This document shows positions 23,363 through 37,012 of a stretch of DNA of 64,000 bases, one piece after another. The translations under genes and the position numbers were made by a program. Source of the stretch: Malacoraja senta (Eukaryota); the NCBI GenBank assembly GCA_038087875.1, contig CM075977.1:80910001-80974000 (forward strand). The letters run 5' to 3'. The notes under the pieces are model-generated. The model made no database searches. It saw only the letters and a program-made list of their open reading frames with translations, and was not told the DNA's origin. Numbering within the stretch: position 1 is the first letter of the stretch; each line of letters starts with the position of its first letter.

Positions 23363-23861
23363 TTACAGTTCATATCCTCCATCACAGTCTCTGGTTTGGT
23401 TTTGCCACATTAGTGGGTGATCCACAAGAGATTTTGTCTCAATTGTCTGCAAGTGTTGATGTAGGGGCCTGGTTGCTTTCAACATTGATTATGGAGCCCA
23501 AAAACCTCATGGCATCAAATAAAACATTAAAGAAACCCTCTGAAAATTAGCACATTCATTATCAGCTGATGAATCGTCACCCCTCGGTATTGAACCACAC
23601 ATAGGAGTGTTCTGTAGATCTCCAAGCTATCCAAGTGGGAGAGAGCAGATTTTTGACAAGTGTGAAGACAACAGGATGGTAATGAGGATGGGCTTCAATA
23701 TTGAATATGAACTAGTATTCAGTTGGTGAAAAATGTATAGGTGTCACAGAATCCTTTAGTGTTTTCAGGAAAACATTTTTTGCCAGTATGAAGCAAGCTT
23801 AACTAGAAGAGGTGAAATTCTCAGGCATGCATTTCAATAATGCAAATAGACATAGCATCAA

Positions 23862-25215
23862 TGACAATAGACAATAGGTGCAGGGGTAGGCCATTCGGCC
23901 CTTCAAGCCAGCACCGCCATTCAATGTGATCATGGCTGATCATCCCAAATCAGTACCCCATTCCTTCCTTCTCCCCATATTTCCTGACTCCGCTATTTTT
24001 AAGAGCCCTATCTAGCTCTCTCTTGAAAGCATCCAGAGAACCCGCCTCCACCGCCCTCTGAGGCAAAGAATTCCACAGACTCACCACTCTCTGTGAGAAA
24101 AAGTGTTTCCTCGTCTCCGTTCTATATGGCTTACTCCTTATTCTTAAACTGTGGCCCCTGGTTCTGGACTCCCCCAACATCGGGAACATGTTTCCTGCCT
24201 GTAGCGTGTCCAAAGCTTAAACAATCTTATATGTTTCAATGAGATCCCCTCTCATCCTTCTAAACTCCAGAGTGTACAAGGCCAGCTGCTCCATTCTCTC
24301 AGCATATGACAGTCCCGCCATCGCGGGAATTAACCTTGTAAACCTACGCTGCACTCCCTCAATAGCAAGAATGTCCTTCCTCAAATTAGGGGACCAAAAC
24401 TGTACACAATACTCCAGGTGTTGTCTCACTAGGGCTCTGTACAACTGCAGAAGGACCTCTTTGCTCCTATATTCGATTTCTCTTGTTATAAAGGCCAACA
24501 TGCCATTCGCTTTCTTCACTACCTGCTGTACCTGCATGCTTACTTTCATAGACTGATGTACAAGGACCCCCCGATCCCGTTGTACTTCCCTTTTTCCCAA
24601 CTTGACGCCATTTAGATAGTAATCTGCCTTCCTGTTTTTGCTACCAAAGTGGATAACCTCACATTTATCCGCATTAAACTTCATCTGCCATGCATCTGCC
24701 CACTCCCCCAACCTGTCCAAGTCACCCTGCACTCTCATAGCATCCTCCTCACAGTTCATACTGCCACCCAGCTTTGTGTCATCTGCAAATTTGCTAATGT
24801 TACTTTGAATCCCTTCATCCAAATCATTGATGTATATTGTAAATAGCTGCGGTCCCAGCAACGAGCCTTGCGGTACCCCACTCTTTGATTCCTCTCTGCC
24901 AACCACTTCTCTATCCATGTCAGCACTCTACCCCCAATTATCAAATGCTTTCTGAAAGTCCAGGTATACTACATCCACTGGCTCTCCCTTGTCCATTGTC
25001 CTAGTTACATCTTCAAAAAATTCCAGAAGATTAGTCAAGCATGATTTCCCCTTCGTAAATCCATGCTGACTCGGACCGATCCTGTTACTGCTATCCAAAT
25101 GTTCGGCTATCTCATCTTTTATAATTGACTCCAGCATCTTCCCCACCACCGATGTCAGGCGAACAGGTCTATAATTCCCTGTTTTCTCTCTCCCGCCTTT
25201 CTTAAAAAGTGGGAG
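23862..25215 (-). mobile_element. CR1 LINE RT region plus 3' end, with small internal deletions
   Basis: [53 protein letters not shown]. (caataga)n tail. Confidence 0.93.
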
Positions 25216-25589
25216 AGAGAATGGATGAGCTATTTTGTGACAATCATCATAATTCAGAAAAGGGGCAGAGGTAAAATACAAATAAATGTTTTACTAGACC
25301 GATAAGTGGTTTTGCAAAAATGGACAGCAAACGGACACCTAAGATAAATCAGTCATAGAGCATTGACGAAGAAGATGATTCAAGTGGTCAGAGTAAAGGT
25401 AAAAGGGTAGGCTTTGCAAACTCAAGCCCCCCAGATCACAAGGTCCATAGAGAGTAAGGCATGTGGGACACCAAGACCTTAGTGCAATGAAAGCCCAATA
25501 AGGTGTTGGAATTAAATTAAGAAGGGAAACTAGAAAACCAGAGAGAGATTATGAAAAAATACAGACAAATTAAATCAATATCCAAAGAT

Positions 25590-26160
25590 ATTTTACAAAG
25601 AGAGTAAGAGGATAACTAAGGATTAAATAAGGCCTATTTGACTGACATGAAGGTGGTTGATGCGAATAATAAATTAAATGAATATCTTGTAGCTGTTTTC
25701 ACAAAGGAGAAGGATGACATTGGTATTGTAGTTGTGGAGGATAAAAGTGCAATATTGAGTTGGATAACAATATAAAAGAAAGTATTAAGGGATTTTTTAA
25801 AGTGAGATATTTAAAAGTGTTTAACTCACCAAGCCTAGACAAAATGTAACCCAAGCCATAAAAAGTGAGGGAGAAAATTACAGCTCTGACACTTTTTCAG
25901 TCATGGAAATGAGTGGCACTAGGGGAATGGATGGCTGCTAATGGTGTGCACACTTTTAAAAAGGAGGGGGAAAAAACCTGAATAAATGCAGTGAGATTAG
26001 TTCAGCATTATTCATGGGTAAATTATTTAAATCGATTTTAAGGGGCAGTATAAATTTTGACATAGAAAGGTACTGATTAATCCGGGGCAGCGAGCATTGA
26101 TTTGTGAAGGGTTGCTTGTGTTTAAACAGCTCAATTGCTTTTTGTGAGAAAAGTCAGCAA
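25590..26160 (+). mobile_element. Old degenerate CR1 RT fragment
   Basis: Recognisable remnants gttttcacaaagga, ttttaaaaaggagg and gcattgatttgtgaaggg, collinear with CR1-B 13280-13870. Confidence 0.6.
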
Positions 26161-27876
26161 CGGTAATGTCTTTGAATGGTCATTGTATTGCATTCTTGTG
26201 GGATGAATGTTACTTGCCACATATCAATTCTGGGGCGAATTGAATTGACGGTGATGGTAACGATCTCAGCAATATTCTGAGAAGGATCGTCTATTTGACA
26301 CTTGCTGAACATGGTTGAAAATGTTTTAGCCTTTTTTGTCCCTTGCTGTTCCATGGTTCCACCCAATCTAATTTCAACTAATCAATTTTCTGAGCTAAGA
26401 ACTTCCCCTCTATAGTGTTTATTCTATGTTTTGAAATCACACAAGCTTTCTATTTTGCCTATCCTTCAAGAAAAATGCTTGTCAACATCCTTTGAAAAAA
26501 ACAAAGTGCTGAAGGAACTCAGCAGGTCAGGCATCATCTCTGGCAGCATATCTGGATTTCTTATTTTTCCCAGTTCTGATTAAAGATCTTCGATCTAAAA
26601 CATTATCTCTTTTTTTACCACAGATGCTGCTTGACCTAATTTTGCAGCACTTTCTGTTAATAGCTCTTGATCCATTGTTCAATTTTATAAACTTATTAAG
26701 CCTTTATTTTGTTCCCTTGATACTCTATGTAGAACAATAACAACTTCTGTACCAGCGCATTCAATAAGCATACTGTGTTGCTAAGGAGGTTTTTGATAAA
26801 TTATTGATTTATCAAATTATACTGACATTTTGATATTATGAGATCGCATCTTGATGTACAAAACTTCCAAATTTCCACTCTGGTGCTGGTACTAATTTAT
26901 GTATTTCGTTTTGATGTTTTCAGATGTTTTGAAAGTTATATTCTGAAATTGACTACGTTTTTAGCATGAAAAATTAGTTATTAAGACTGGAAAGGTTGCA
27001 CTATTGTGCTGGTGAGATGTCAACATGGAATATCGTCACAGGCACAGTCTCTGCCAGGGAGAATTGTGCGCTCATCAATTATATTGGCTAATAGATGGCA
27101 GACCAGAAGGTAGGGTAATGAGTAGAGTTGGCCTTCTGTCATCCAGTTACAGTTGGAGTGAGGTAATGAAAAAACCACCACGTTGATTTGTAATTTTAGT
27201 CATGCTGTGCTTTGTGAAAAATAACATATAGCTTAGTTTTATATTTTATCTGACCTAAATATACCAGTTGTTGAACTATAATCTAATTAGCAGTCTACCA
27301 TAATCAGCAAGTTAATTGTGATTCATTCTTAGAATTGTAAAATTAAAAGTTAGACGATTGTGTTGATTATTACAGCTTCCAGCTATTTCAATTCTGTGAG
27401 TGAAATCATGGATGAAATTTATCGCATATGTTATTAAGAAAGGTTGGTGGAAAGTCTTTCCCTTTTCCAGTTGAGCAATTGTTTACCATCCTTGCCTATA
27501 AGCCTTTGTAAATCAGTTTGAAGTAACTAAATAGAAAGGTGTTGAGTATTGAATTAAAGTCTGCTTCAGTAATAGCTGTTCTGATCTGGGTTTGTCAGTA
27601 TAATTACATATATGCTAAATAATTAAACAGAGAAGTTTGAAATGCAAGGTGTCTAGACATGTCTGGTGTTGGTGTCCTGTGTGACCTTAAATCTGAGGGT
27701 TTGTCAGAGAGTAGAGGATGTCTGGTACCATAGGTAATTCAAGATGACCATGAAATTATGAGATAGGAATGCATTTGTAAAATGACGTTTTTATCTGGCA
27801 AGATTGTAATATCTGCACATACTCTATTAAATAGGATAATATGAATATATTTTCATGTTAGATGAAATGTGAATGA

Positions 27877-28030
27877 AAAGACTTGCATTTATAAAACACT
27901 TTCATGGCTTCAGATTGTTTTAGTCCGTGAGATACTTCTGAAATATACTCACTTTTGTAACATAGGACAGTCAGCAGTTGGTATTACATAGCAAGATCCC
28001 AAGGTGACCATTGTGGTTAATACCGTTACT
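27877..28030 (-). mobile_element. Degenerate Deu-domain SINE (SacSINE1-like) relic
   Basis: gacttgcatttata..cactttca..ttgtaacatagga..cagcag...agcaagatccca, collinear with 39420-39690 and with the recalled DeuSINE consensus. Confidence 0.5.
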
Positions 28031-28442
28031 ATTGTTGAACATTTATTAACCCATTGCTCAACAGATGGTGGATCAGATCAAAGATCTGCAATCCTACCAC
28101 GTCAATTGTATATAGTGTTGGACTACTCTAGTCAGCTAAACAGCTAATGTGATAAGGGATCTCAAAGATATCCCATCCTAAGAGATGGCAGGGCCCAGTA
28201 TGCGAACGCTAATTACAAGGCTGTAGCATTTACAACCATGTTCAGCCAGAAGTGCCTAATGGATAATCCATCCAGGCTTCCTCCTGCTACAGGCCATCTC
28301 CTGGTAATGAACTCATTCCATTTTTACAGACATGAAGTAAATTCTGTCCATAAAAATCACTTGATATGGTAATCCTTGACACAGTATTGTATTGGATGGC
28401 ATCAAAAGCACATCAGATGAATCAGAAATAATTATAAAAAAT

Positions 28443-28484
28443 AGAGAGAGAGAGAAAGAGATAGAGAGAGAGAGAGAGCGAGAG
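28443..28484. repeat. (GA)n microsatellite, imperfect
   Basis: Direct inspection. Confidence 0.9.
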
Positions 28485-29689
28485 TCACTTGCAGCTGCTC
28501 AGTTGAATTATTTACACATCACCAATATAACTTAAAAGATTTTTTTTTTTACATCAATACCATTACAGTATGTAATATTTCTTAGATTATTCCAAAGAAG
28601 CAATTTTACAATCTCTTTGCCCAAACATGCTGATTTTTTTTATTTAGAAAGTTAATGTTTTGCTGAGCAAAAGACAAATCTACTGACAGAATCTGTGGAA
28701 GGAAATGTTTTGAGTCTGGACCCTTCTTCAGACTGATGGAATAATGGGGAGAAAGCTGGTTGAAAAACAGGATAGGAAGTGCTGGGGTAAAGAGTTGGCA
28801 AGAGTTTTCAGAACTTTGTCTACATTAAGGTAGATGCTGATCCTCATCTTGTTTGAAAATCTTTAAAATCTGTTAAAAGATTTCAGTTAATAATGAAATT
28901 TGCACACTGAATTCCCAAATGAGCCTGAGATCCATTTCACTCCTGTGGTCTCATTTGGTAAAAAACTCATAGATTTCCTGCTTGCAGTTCAGTGGCATAG
29001 CACCTGCTTTGTCAGCAAGAGATTCTGGCAATCTGATGGGCAACCACAAGTGGCAGCAGTTATGATGGTAACTGTTCTTCAGCAGAATGTACATTCCTGC
29101 TTGTGATTGGTGAAGCTAGTTGTATACCAAGTTTAGCGCACATTTGTCAAAATGCAAATAGCATGATTACATTTGCTATGAGCAAATACATTTCTTTTAA
29201 ACTCTTTCTACAAAAATGTTTGGGTGTGGACAATATTGGAGAAGCATACTGATGCTTGGTGCATCTGTTGAAAGTTCAGCTGTTTATCCTGTTCAGGTAT
29301 TGTAATGTTATACTACTGTCACATTGTCTTTGTTAATAATATTATACTCATATCATTGTTTATCGAACAAGTATTCACAGTAGCGATATATGTACATAAC
29401 ATTTCTGAGGCCATCTAGGCAAATTAGTTTCTATAAGATGCTGATAATTGAATGAGTTTATTATATTCTCAATTTAATTAGGGTAGGCTATAATACTGCT
29501 AACAGATTCTGCTAGAATAGGTTAAGATGAACAATTTCATCCCAATCTGATTTACCTGATCAATTAGAATAAATATGAAAATTTACCACATTTCTTACAT
29601 AATTGCAGATTATAAATTATAACACTAAAATAAGAGGAAATTATTTATATTTCTTCTAGTCCTTGAACAATGTATTTCCCAGAAGCATT

Positions 29690-29775
29690 AGTCTGAATAA
29701 GGGTCTTAACCCGAAACGTCACCCATTCCTTCTCTCCAGAGATGCTGCCTGAGTTACTCCAGCTTTTTGTATCTA
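29690..29775 (+). mobile_element. Penelope terminal-repeat fragment
   Basis: Matches 3990-4080. Flanked by cccagaagca on both sides (probable TSD). Confidence 0.8.
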
Positions 29776-30855
29776 TCCCAGAAGCAACAACGCAACTGAA
29801 AAGAAGAAACGCGAGCTGCCAGTAGTGACTATCCTCACAAAGATCTTTACGCCAGTCCAGTTAAATCCTGTGGCTGAAATCTTTATGTTTTTTTACCCTT
29901 GTTTTAAATTAAGGGTAAATTTACACAAGATTCTGCCTCATATCATTAAATAGTCCTTTAATATTGGAATTCCACTCACTTCATTTATACCGTGTGGATT
30001 ATAGAATTTTACTATTTGATTTATTTGTAGATTATGGATATCACAGGCAAGATAATGCTGTTTGTTCTTAAGAAGGTGGAGTGTTTTTTGATTTTCAGAA
30101 AAGTTTACAAGTTCTCTTCAAAGGGCAGTTAAGAATCAACTAAGAATTTGTTAAGAATTCCCATCTGATTAACCTTTTTGCGCACAGTCCTTTTAAGATG
30201 TTTGGTGCATCAAGAAATCAATTTTGGTAAAGATTCCAAATGATCATGGTCTTTTCAGATTATGCCTACTATTAAGCATAATTAAGACATAAATCTAAAT
30301 TTTACACAGACTTTGTTTGAAGTTAAATAGTTTCATCTGAATATGTGTCTCTTTTGTTGATCTTTGCAGCTCAGTTGCAGTTATCCATAGTTTATTCTGC
30401 AAAACGATTGTTAAGATTTATTTTATTTTATTGTTGGTTGAAAATCCTTCAGAATGATATACAATTTGGGCTTTTTTTCATCTGATCTCACATAACAGCC
30501 ACTTTAAAAAAATGTGCATCTTAAATTCAATTTTTAAATATCAAAGTGAAACTGGAAGAAAATAGATGTATTGATCATTATTTATGAAAACTGAGATATT
30601 AGTTTGTTCAACCAATGTTTTCAATTTAGTAAATTACATTGTTTCGTTAGAAATCCACTTTGATCCCCCTGGTGAAGTATGGAGGGTGCAGGTAGATGTG
30701 CTCGTAGATAGAACTTGGCAAATTACTATTAATTCACTCAGGGTCAGATAGCACTTTGCCCAAGACAATTTGAAAGCCAATTACCTGGTCACTTAGATCC
30801 TTTATTTTCATTAAATTTGATTAGATATTTCATTCAGTTGGTAATAATACTGAAG

Positions 30856-31069
30856 GAACATCGGGAACATGTTTCCTGCCTCTAGCGTGTCCAAAGCCTT
30901 AACAATCTTATATGTTTCAATGAGATTCCCTCTCATCCTTCTAAACTCCAGAGTGTACAAGCCCAGCTGCTCCATTCCCTCAGCATATGACAGTCCCGCC
31001 ATCCCGGGAATTAACCTTGTAAACCTACGCTGCACTCCCTCAATAGCAAGAATGTCCTTCCTCAAATTC
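30856..31069 (-). mobile_element. CR1 RT fragment
   Basis: Near-identical to 24178-24387. Confidence 0.88.
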
Positions 31070-32005
31070 CCCAAACACGGCCTTGTGGGTGGAATGAAAA
31101 TGAGCGGAATGAAAATGAGCCTTACACTGCCTTGTCACATAGACAGCAGCCAATAACACAATTAGATTTTCATAAAATCCAGACAGTTTGAGTATCTTAT
31201 ACTTGACTGTCTAGCCAATACATCAGGCCTCTGGAGCTGTATAGGTTTGCTTTGTCATTGCTTGGTAAGAAAACCCAAATGAAAATTATTAATGCCCCCT
31301 GAGGCTAATCCCATGTCAATATTGCTGTGTACAGGAGCACTCAGATAATGATTTGCTTAATAGATGAATATTTAACATGACTACTTCCACCACCTCCATG
31401 ATTTTGAGATAAAAATAATCACCCATAATGAATATTCAGATCAATTTGGATAAGATGAATATTGTAAGATAATTTTAAGACATTCTAAGTTATGCCATTC
31501 TTTAAAATTAATAATTTACAGAGTAGAGCATAGTCATATAGCTCTAGAGCATGGTTACAGACTCTAAGAGCCAGGTCATCCTTGCCAACCAAGTTTCTAA
31601 CCAAGTTAGTCCCACTTGCCTGTGCCTAACCAACATCCCTTCAAACCTTTTCTATCCATGTGCTTATCCAAATGTCTTTTAAAGACTGTAATTGTACTTG
31701 CATTTGCTACTTAATCTGACAGCTCATTCCATATACGTATTATCCTCTGTGTGAACAGCTTGCCCATCAGGTCTCTTTTGAACCTTGTCCTTCTCGCCTT
31801 ACATCTGATCTCTAGGTTTAGACTCTCCTACCAAGGGTAAAGACTGTGGCTATTTACCTGATCAATCCTCCTCATGATTTTATAAATATCTATAAGGTCA
31901 CTTTTCAGCATGCTGTATTGCAGGGTAAAAAGACCCAGCCTATCCAGCATCTCCTTACAACTCACCCTCCATCTTTGTATCCTTTTCAGTTTTGTGACAT
32001 CCTTA

Positions 32006-32536
32006 AGGGCCTGTCCAACCTGGGCAACCTAATCCGTGAGTTCTGGCGAGTTTGCCCTCGACTCAGACTCGCAGCATGGTCGACACGAGGTCATAGGAGG
32101 TCTTCGTAACTCTCCTTCATGCTCGAGAGTGGTCTCCGCGTACTCGAGGCCTCAGCTAGGTCGCGGCGTTTTTTTCAACATGTTAAAAAATGCCCGCGAG
32201 TAAAAAAAGGTCGCCATGGAAAAAATTGATACTTTTTTTACTCGTAGGTTTAGTCGTAGTAGGTCGTCATGTTAGTCGTAGGTAATCGAGGGTAGTCAAA
32301 GGTAATCGAAGGTAGTCTAAGGTAGTCGTAGATAGTCTTCATCGTAGTCGAAGGAGGTCGTCTTCACTCTCCACTATTCGGTGTCCAATTTTCCCGAAGT
32401 TAGTCGTAGCTAGTCGAAGCTGGTCTTCAACATAGTCGAAGGAGGTGTTCTACATAGTCGAAGAAGGTCTTCAACATGTCATTTTTTCAAACTCTTCTAA
32501 ACTTGCCAATTAGGTCGCCCAAGTGGGACAGCCCCT
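32006..32536. mobile_element. PIF/Harbinger-type MITE
   Basis: AGGGCCTGTCCAAC / GTGGGACAGCCCCT ends. TTA TSD at 32003-05 and 32537-39. Internal gtagtcg repeats. Confidence 0.85.
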
Positions 32537-32760
32537 TTATGTAGCAGGATGATTAGAACTGTACACAGCACTCCAAATGTGGCTTTACCACCATCTTGTA
32601 CAAGTGTAACAATGTACCAACTCCTGTACTTAATATCCTGAACAACAAAGGCAAGCATGCCAAACACCACCCTATCTACTTTTGTCGCCACTTTAAAGGA
32701 ATTACATACTTGCACACTAGGTCTTTCAGTTCTACTACATTCCCAAGGCTCTTCCATTTA

Positions 32761-33364
32761 AGGCTCTGTCTTACCTGTTTGCGGTCATCGGCGGTGAAGC
32801 GCGGCGTCGCCGGTAGCGAGGACCGCGCGGCAACGGCGAGAGCGTCGAGCCTATCCACCGGAGCGCCGCACGGATGCTGCGCGGGGGCCGAGTTAATTCA
32901 AACACGGCGGGTCCCACGTGCTTGCGGTAAGTAAATAAAAGGGCGGGCCGACTGCGATGACGTCGGCCCGCCGCACGTGACTCACCAGCGGCGGCTGTGG
33001 CAGTGGAGGTTTGACGCACGGCGCTCGAGCCATACTGGCGGCGGCCCGTGCGAGCGGCCGTGCCTCACTGGCGGCGGCACGTGCCTCACTGGCGGAGGCT
33101 GTGGCAGTGGAGGTTTGACGCACGGCGCTCGAGCCATACTGGCGGCGGCCCGTGCGAGCGGCCATGCCGCACTCCTGCATCACTGGTGGAGGTTGTGCGG
33201 TGAGTATTTAGTTTTGGACATTGTCGATTTTATTTTAGCACCGCGCGGTGTTGGGAACACCGCCGCACGGCCCGGGAATTGTACTTTCTCACGAGTGCGC
33301 GGTCTATGGCGGCAGATTCTTCTCGTTTCGCCGCCATAGACCGCAGACTCGTGAGACAGGCCTT
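32761..33364. mobile_element. PIF/Harbinger-type MITE, GC-rich, with an internal ~85-bp direct repeat
   Basis: AGGCTCTGTCTTAC / GTGAGACAGGCCTT ends. TTA TSD at 32758-60 and 33365-67. Confidence 0.75.
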
Positions 33365-33658
33365 TTACTGTTAGTTGTGCCTGGTTTGTTTTACCCACAT
33401 GCAATATCTCTTGATCTCTGGATTAAATTATATTTGCCATTCTTTGTTCATTGGCCCTGTTGCTCAAGATCCTATTGCATCTTAAATAACCTCCTTCACT
33501 GTCCACTATACCACCTATTTTAGTGTCATCCACAAACTTCCTAAACAACTTTCTAGTCAACATAAGTAATGAACAGCAGAGGACCCAGCACCAATCCCTG
33601 TGGCACACTACTTGTTACCAGACTCCGGTCTGAAAAACAACCCTCTACCATCACCCTC

Positions 33659-33796
33659 TTCTTCTTATTGCGTATGGCATGCACAGCCTAAAGTTGTAGG
33701 ACAACTTGTTCTATTTGATCTTATTTGATTGTGCACGCCGGGTTGATTGCATTTGTCGAAACAGGGTGGACTACGTGAAGGTTGCAATCTTCCACC
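33659..33796 (-). mobile_element. Short retroposon insertion with (AAG)n tail
   Basis: (ctt)n at the left end. Flanked by ccatcaccctct / ccatcaccgtct, a 12-bp TSD with one mismatch. Confidence 0.55.
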
Positions 33797-34675
33797 CCAT
33801 CACCGTCTGATTCCTGCCATCAAGCCAATTTTGTATACAGTTGGCTACCTCAATCACCCGGGTTCCCAAGATGGCAAGTTATATCATCAAAACCCACATG
33901 AGCCAGGCCACACACAGGCTGCTACCATCAGGAAGAGGGTACAAGGGCCTGAAAACTGTTACTCCAGTTTCAAGAGCAACTTTGTTTTTTGCTTCATCGT
34001 GGTCTAGTGTATTTAGAAAAACTGACAATTTATTGTATATTTATTTTTGGTATTGCTTTTAATGTGTCTATAAAGCTGCAGCAAGTAAGAATTTAATTGT
34101 TCCAGTTCATATCCTGTGCATATGACAAACACTTCTGAGTCCTATAACTTGTTTCATTTTTTGGAGTCTTTGCTTTCCTTGAAGTCATATTGGAAACTTA
34201 CCTTATCTATACTAACAGGTACTCTTTTCATTTGTTCCCAAGATATTGAGCAATGTTTTGCCTCTGAAAGGGCACTCATAAATCACCTTATTAAATTATT
34301 CTTTATGCCGTTGTTAGGCCACATGATGGTTCATTAAGTCAGTCACGATGAATGGGAAGAGTCATGTGATATACTATCTGAGTAGAGATTGCAGGTTGTT
34401 TTTACTGAAATACATTAGTGAACCCAGGTTTTATGGTCAATGCCAATCCACAAATCACCAGATTTATTGAATTTTATCTCATATTTTTCTATCCTTGAAC
34501 TCTCTTTATCCAAAATTTCTAGACCCTAATCACTTACCATTTTATTACATACTTCGTAAAACATCATTCTAATCATTAGTTTCCTGTTTTAAAACATGAA
34601 TTAGGAGCGGGAGTAGGTCACTAAGTCCTTTGTATGCTCCACCATTCAATGAGATTCATTGAATCACCATTCAAT

Positions 34676-34959
34676 TGGTGGCGCAGTGGTAGAGTTCTGA
34701 CTTACAGCTCCAGAAACCCGGGTTCGATCCTGGGTGCTGTCTGTACGAAGTTTATACGTTCTCCCTGTGACTGCATGGGTTTCATCCAGGTGCTCCAGTT
34801 TCCTCCCATATTCCAAAGATGAGCAGGTTTGTAGGTTAATTGGCTTCTGTAAATTGTCCCTAGTGTGTAGGATAGAATAGTGTACGGCTGATCGTTGGTC
34901 GATGCAGACTCGGTGGGCCGAAGGGCCTGTTTCTATGCTGTATCTCTAAACTAAACTAA
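34676..34959 (+). mobile_element. tRNA-derived V-SINE (HE1-like), near full length
   Basis: A box tggcgcagtgg, B box ggttcgatcc, V domain, CR1-derived 3' end ggccgaagggcctgtttc, (ctaaa)n tail. Confidence 0.85.
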
Positions 34960-35809
34960 GATCATGGTTGATCAACTCTGAATTCCACTCTACCCAGGAT
35001 AACCCCTTTGATATTAAGTATATATCAACATCTGCCTTAAAAACATTCAAAGTCTCCACAGCTTTTGAGGAAGAGAGTTGCAAAAATTTAGCAGGTCAGG
35101 TAACATCTGTGGGGAGAGAAACAGAGCTAACATTTCATGTTGAAGACTCTTTGTCAGAACTGGGAAGACAACAAGAACTGGTTAAACTGCAGGAAGGACA
35201 GGGGAAGAAGAATGCCTCTGGTAATGTAAAACTAGGGTGACCATGAGGTTAAGCTATAAAATGGAGGCACGAGAAACTGCAGATGCTGAAATCTTGAGCA
35301 AAACACAGAGTGATAGAGCAACTCAGCGGGTGATGTTACCCGATCAGTTGAGTTCCAACAGTACTTTGTATCTGGTCAGTGAGTGAATGGGAGCAGTTCG
35401 AGAGTGAGAACACCGACAAAGTCGAGAGTGTTTAATTGTCATATGTATTGGAAATGTGACAATAAGATTCTTCTAAAAAAACATAGACAAAAGAATGTAG
35501 GAATGCAAAATGCATAGAAGGAAGACATGTCGGCAGGTAAGGACTGCTATGAGGTTTCTAATAATGTAAATTATCAGCTGATAGGTCATCTACTATTGTA
35601 ATCTTTATTTTAACGCATGCCTAAATTACCCAATGATGGACAGGACATGTGCTTGGATTTGAGGCATGTTAAATATCCTTATGTTCTTCAATTCCTTATT
35701 ACAAACCCCTGTTGAAATGAATCCCAAGGATCCTTTGAGATTCCATAATACAGTAATTGCTTTTCTTCTTTGCAATAGGATTTTGCTCAATTTACAACAG
35801 ACCTTAAAT

Positions 35810-36090
35810 ATAGATAAGTTGGAAAGTTAAGTGCACTCTTGGAAAAATGAAGTTTAATCCTGGCAAATGTGAGATGATGCATTTTGGGAAGTCAGTTAAC
35901 GGTAGAACATACACAGTAAATGGACGGACTCCAGACAATGTTGATGAACAGTGGAACCTTTGGGTTGAAGTCTATAGTTCCCTGAATGTGGCTACAGTGG
36001 ATAGGATGGTGAAGAAGGCATACTGCAACTTGCCTACATAGGTCAGGATAAAGAGTGTAAGAGTTGCGACTTTACAAAACATTGGTTAGG
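35810..36090 (+). mobile_element. CR1 RT fragment
   Basis: MKFNPGKCEMMHFG..VDRMVKKAY. Confidence 0.75.
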
Positions 36091-37012
36091 CACCCAACCA
36101 CCAGAGATCTGCTTAGGGAAACAATTAAAACTTAAACCAACCATGACCTGTTGGAACAAAACCCGGGACTTCTAGATTGATTTTATTTTGGACCCAAACC
36201 CAACAGGAAAGGAAAATAAGATGAGTAGTGCAGTTGCATTGCTATTAGACCTCTGCCACGCAGTACCAAAGATTGGTACCAGCTACCCTTTCCTCGAGTG
36301 CTGGATGTGTGAAGTTTGCATTATATCTCCACTGTATGAGTTTCCTCTCGAATCTCAAAGATGTTCGGGATGGTATCATAAAACATGTTAGTGTTTCATT
36401 TCACCCAATGATTATGTTATTTCTATGTGAGAAAATTTGACTTGCCAAATTGTATTTAATGTAATTAAATACCATAGTTACGTAATTTAAGCATAACAAT
36501 ATCTGACTGAAACTGTAGGAAATTGGTAAAACTGCATGTAAGAAAAGTAAATAAATGACGAACAAAGCCATACTTCACCAAGGTAGCATCCACGATCCTG
36601 ATGGTGACAGGCATCACTGTGGCCTATGCATCCTTTATGATTACTGCAGCTTTTAAGCGAAAGGGAACAAAAGCATTGCAACTTGCCATTGTCACCTACT
36701 TTAGCATCATGTGAATATAAAACCTGAAACAATGATTTCAGTAGCTGCTTACAGATACCAGTAGAAATTTCTCATTCAGGAAAGATGTCTTCACAATCCT
36801 CATTCTGATTATATACAAGCAGAACTGTTCAGAGTGAAGGCTTTGTTGACGAAAGAGGAAATGCTGCTTATTCCCTTGTGTGACTGGCCTGCAGATTTAA
36901 ATGTGACTTTTGAGAACTGAACAACTATTTCTTAAGCATTCAAATTTCTTCAGTGACATGCCAAGGAAACACATTTAAAAATATGTAGAAGAGCTTCAAG
37001 TGCTTATTGTAA

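Larger units (their letters stand above)
31530..33850 (-). mobile_element. Old CR1 LINE 3' portion, interrupted by two MITEs and a short retroposon
   Basis: KFVDDTKIGG (33423..33608), KVDRVVFGMLAF (32497..32757) and CR1 3'UTR remnants at 31530-31800. Confidence 0.75.

Noticed and set aside
27095-27118. ATGGCAG... as an alternative first coding exon of LDLRAD4
   Set aside because: Nearby GT donors give phase 0 or 2, whereas the TM exon needs phase 1, and the frame hits TAA.
34676-34740. Possible tRNA gene (A and B boxes)
   Set aside because: Continues into a V domain and LINE-derived tail, so it is a SINE head. The same applies at 7931 and 60850-60960.
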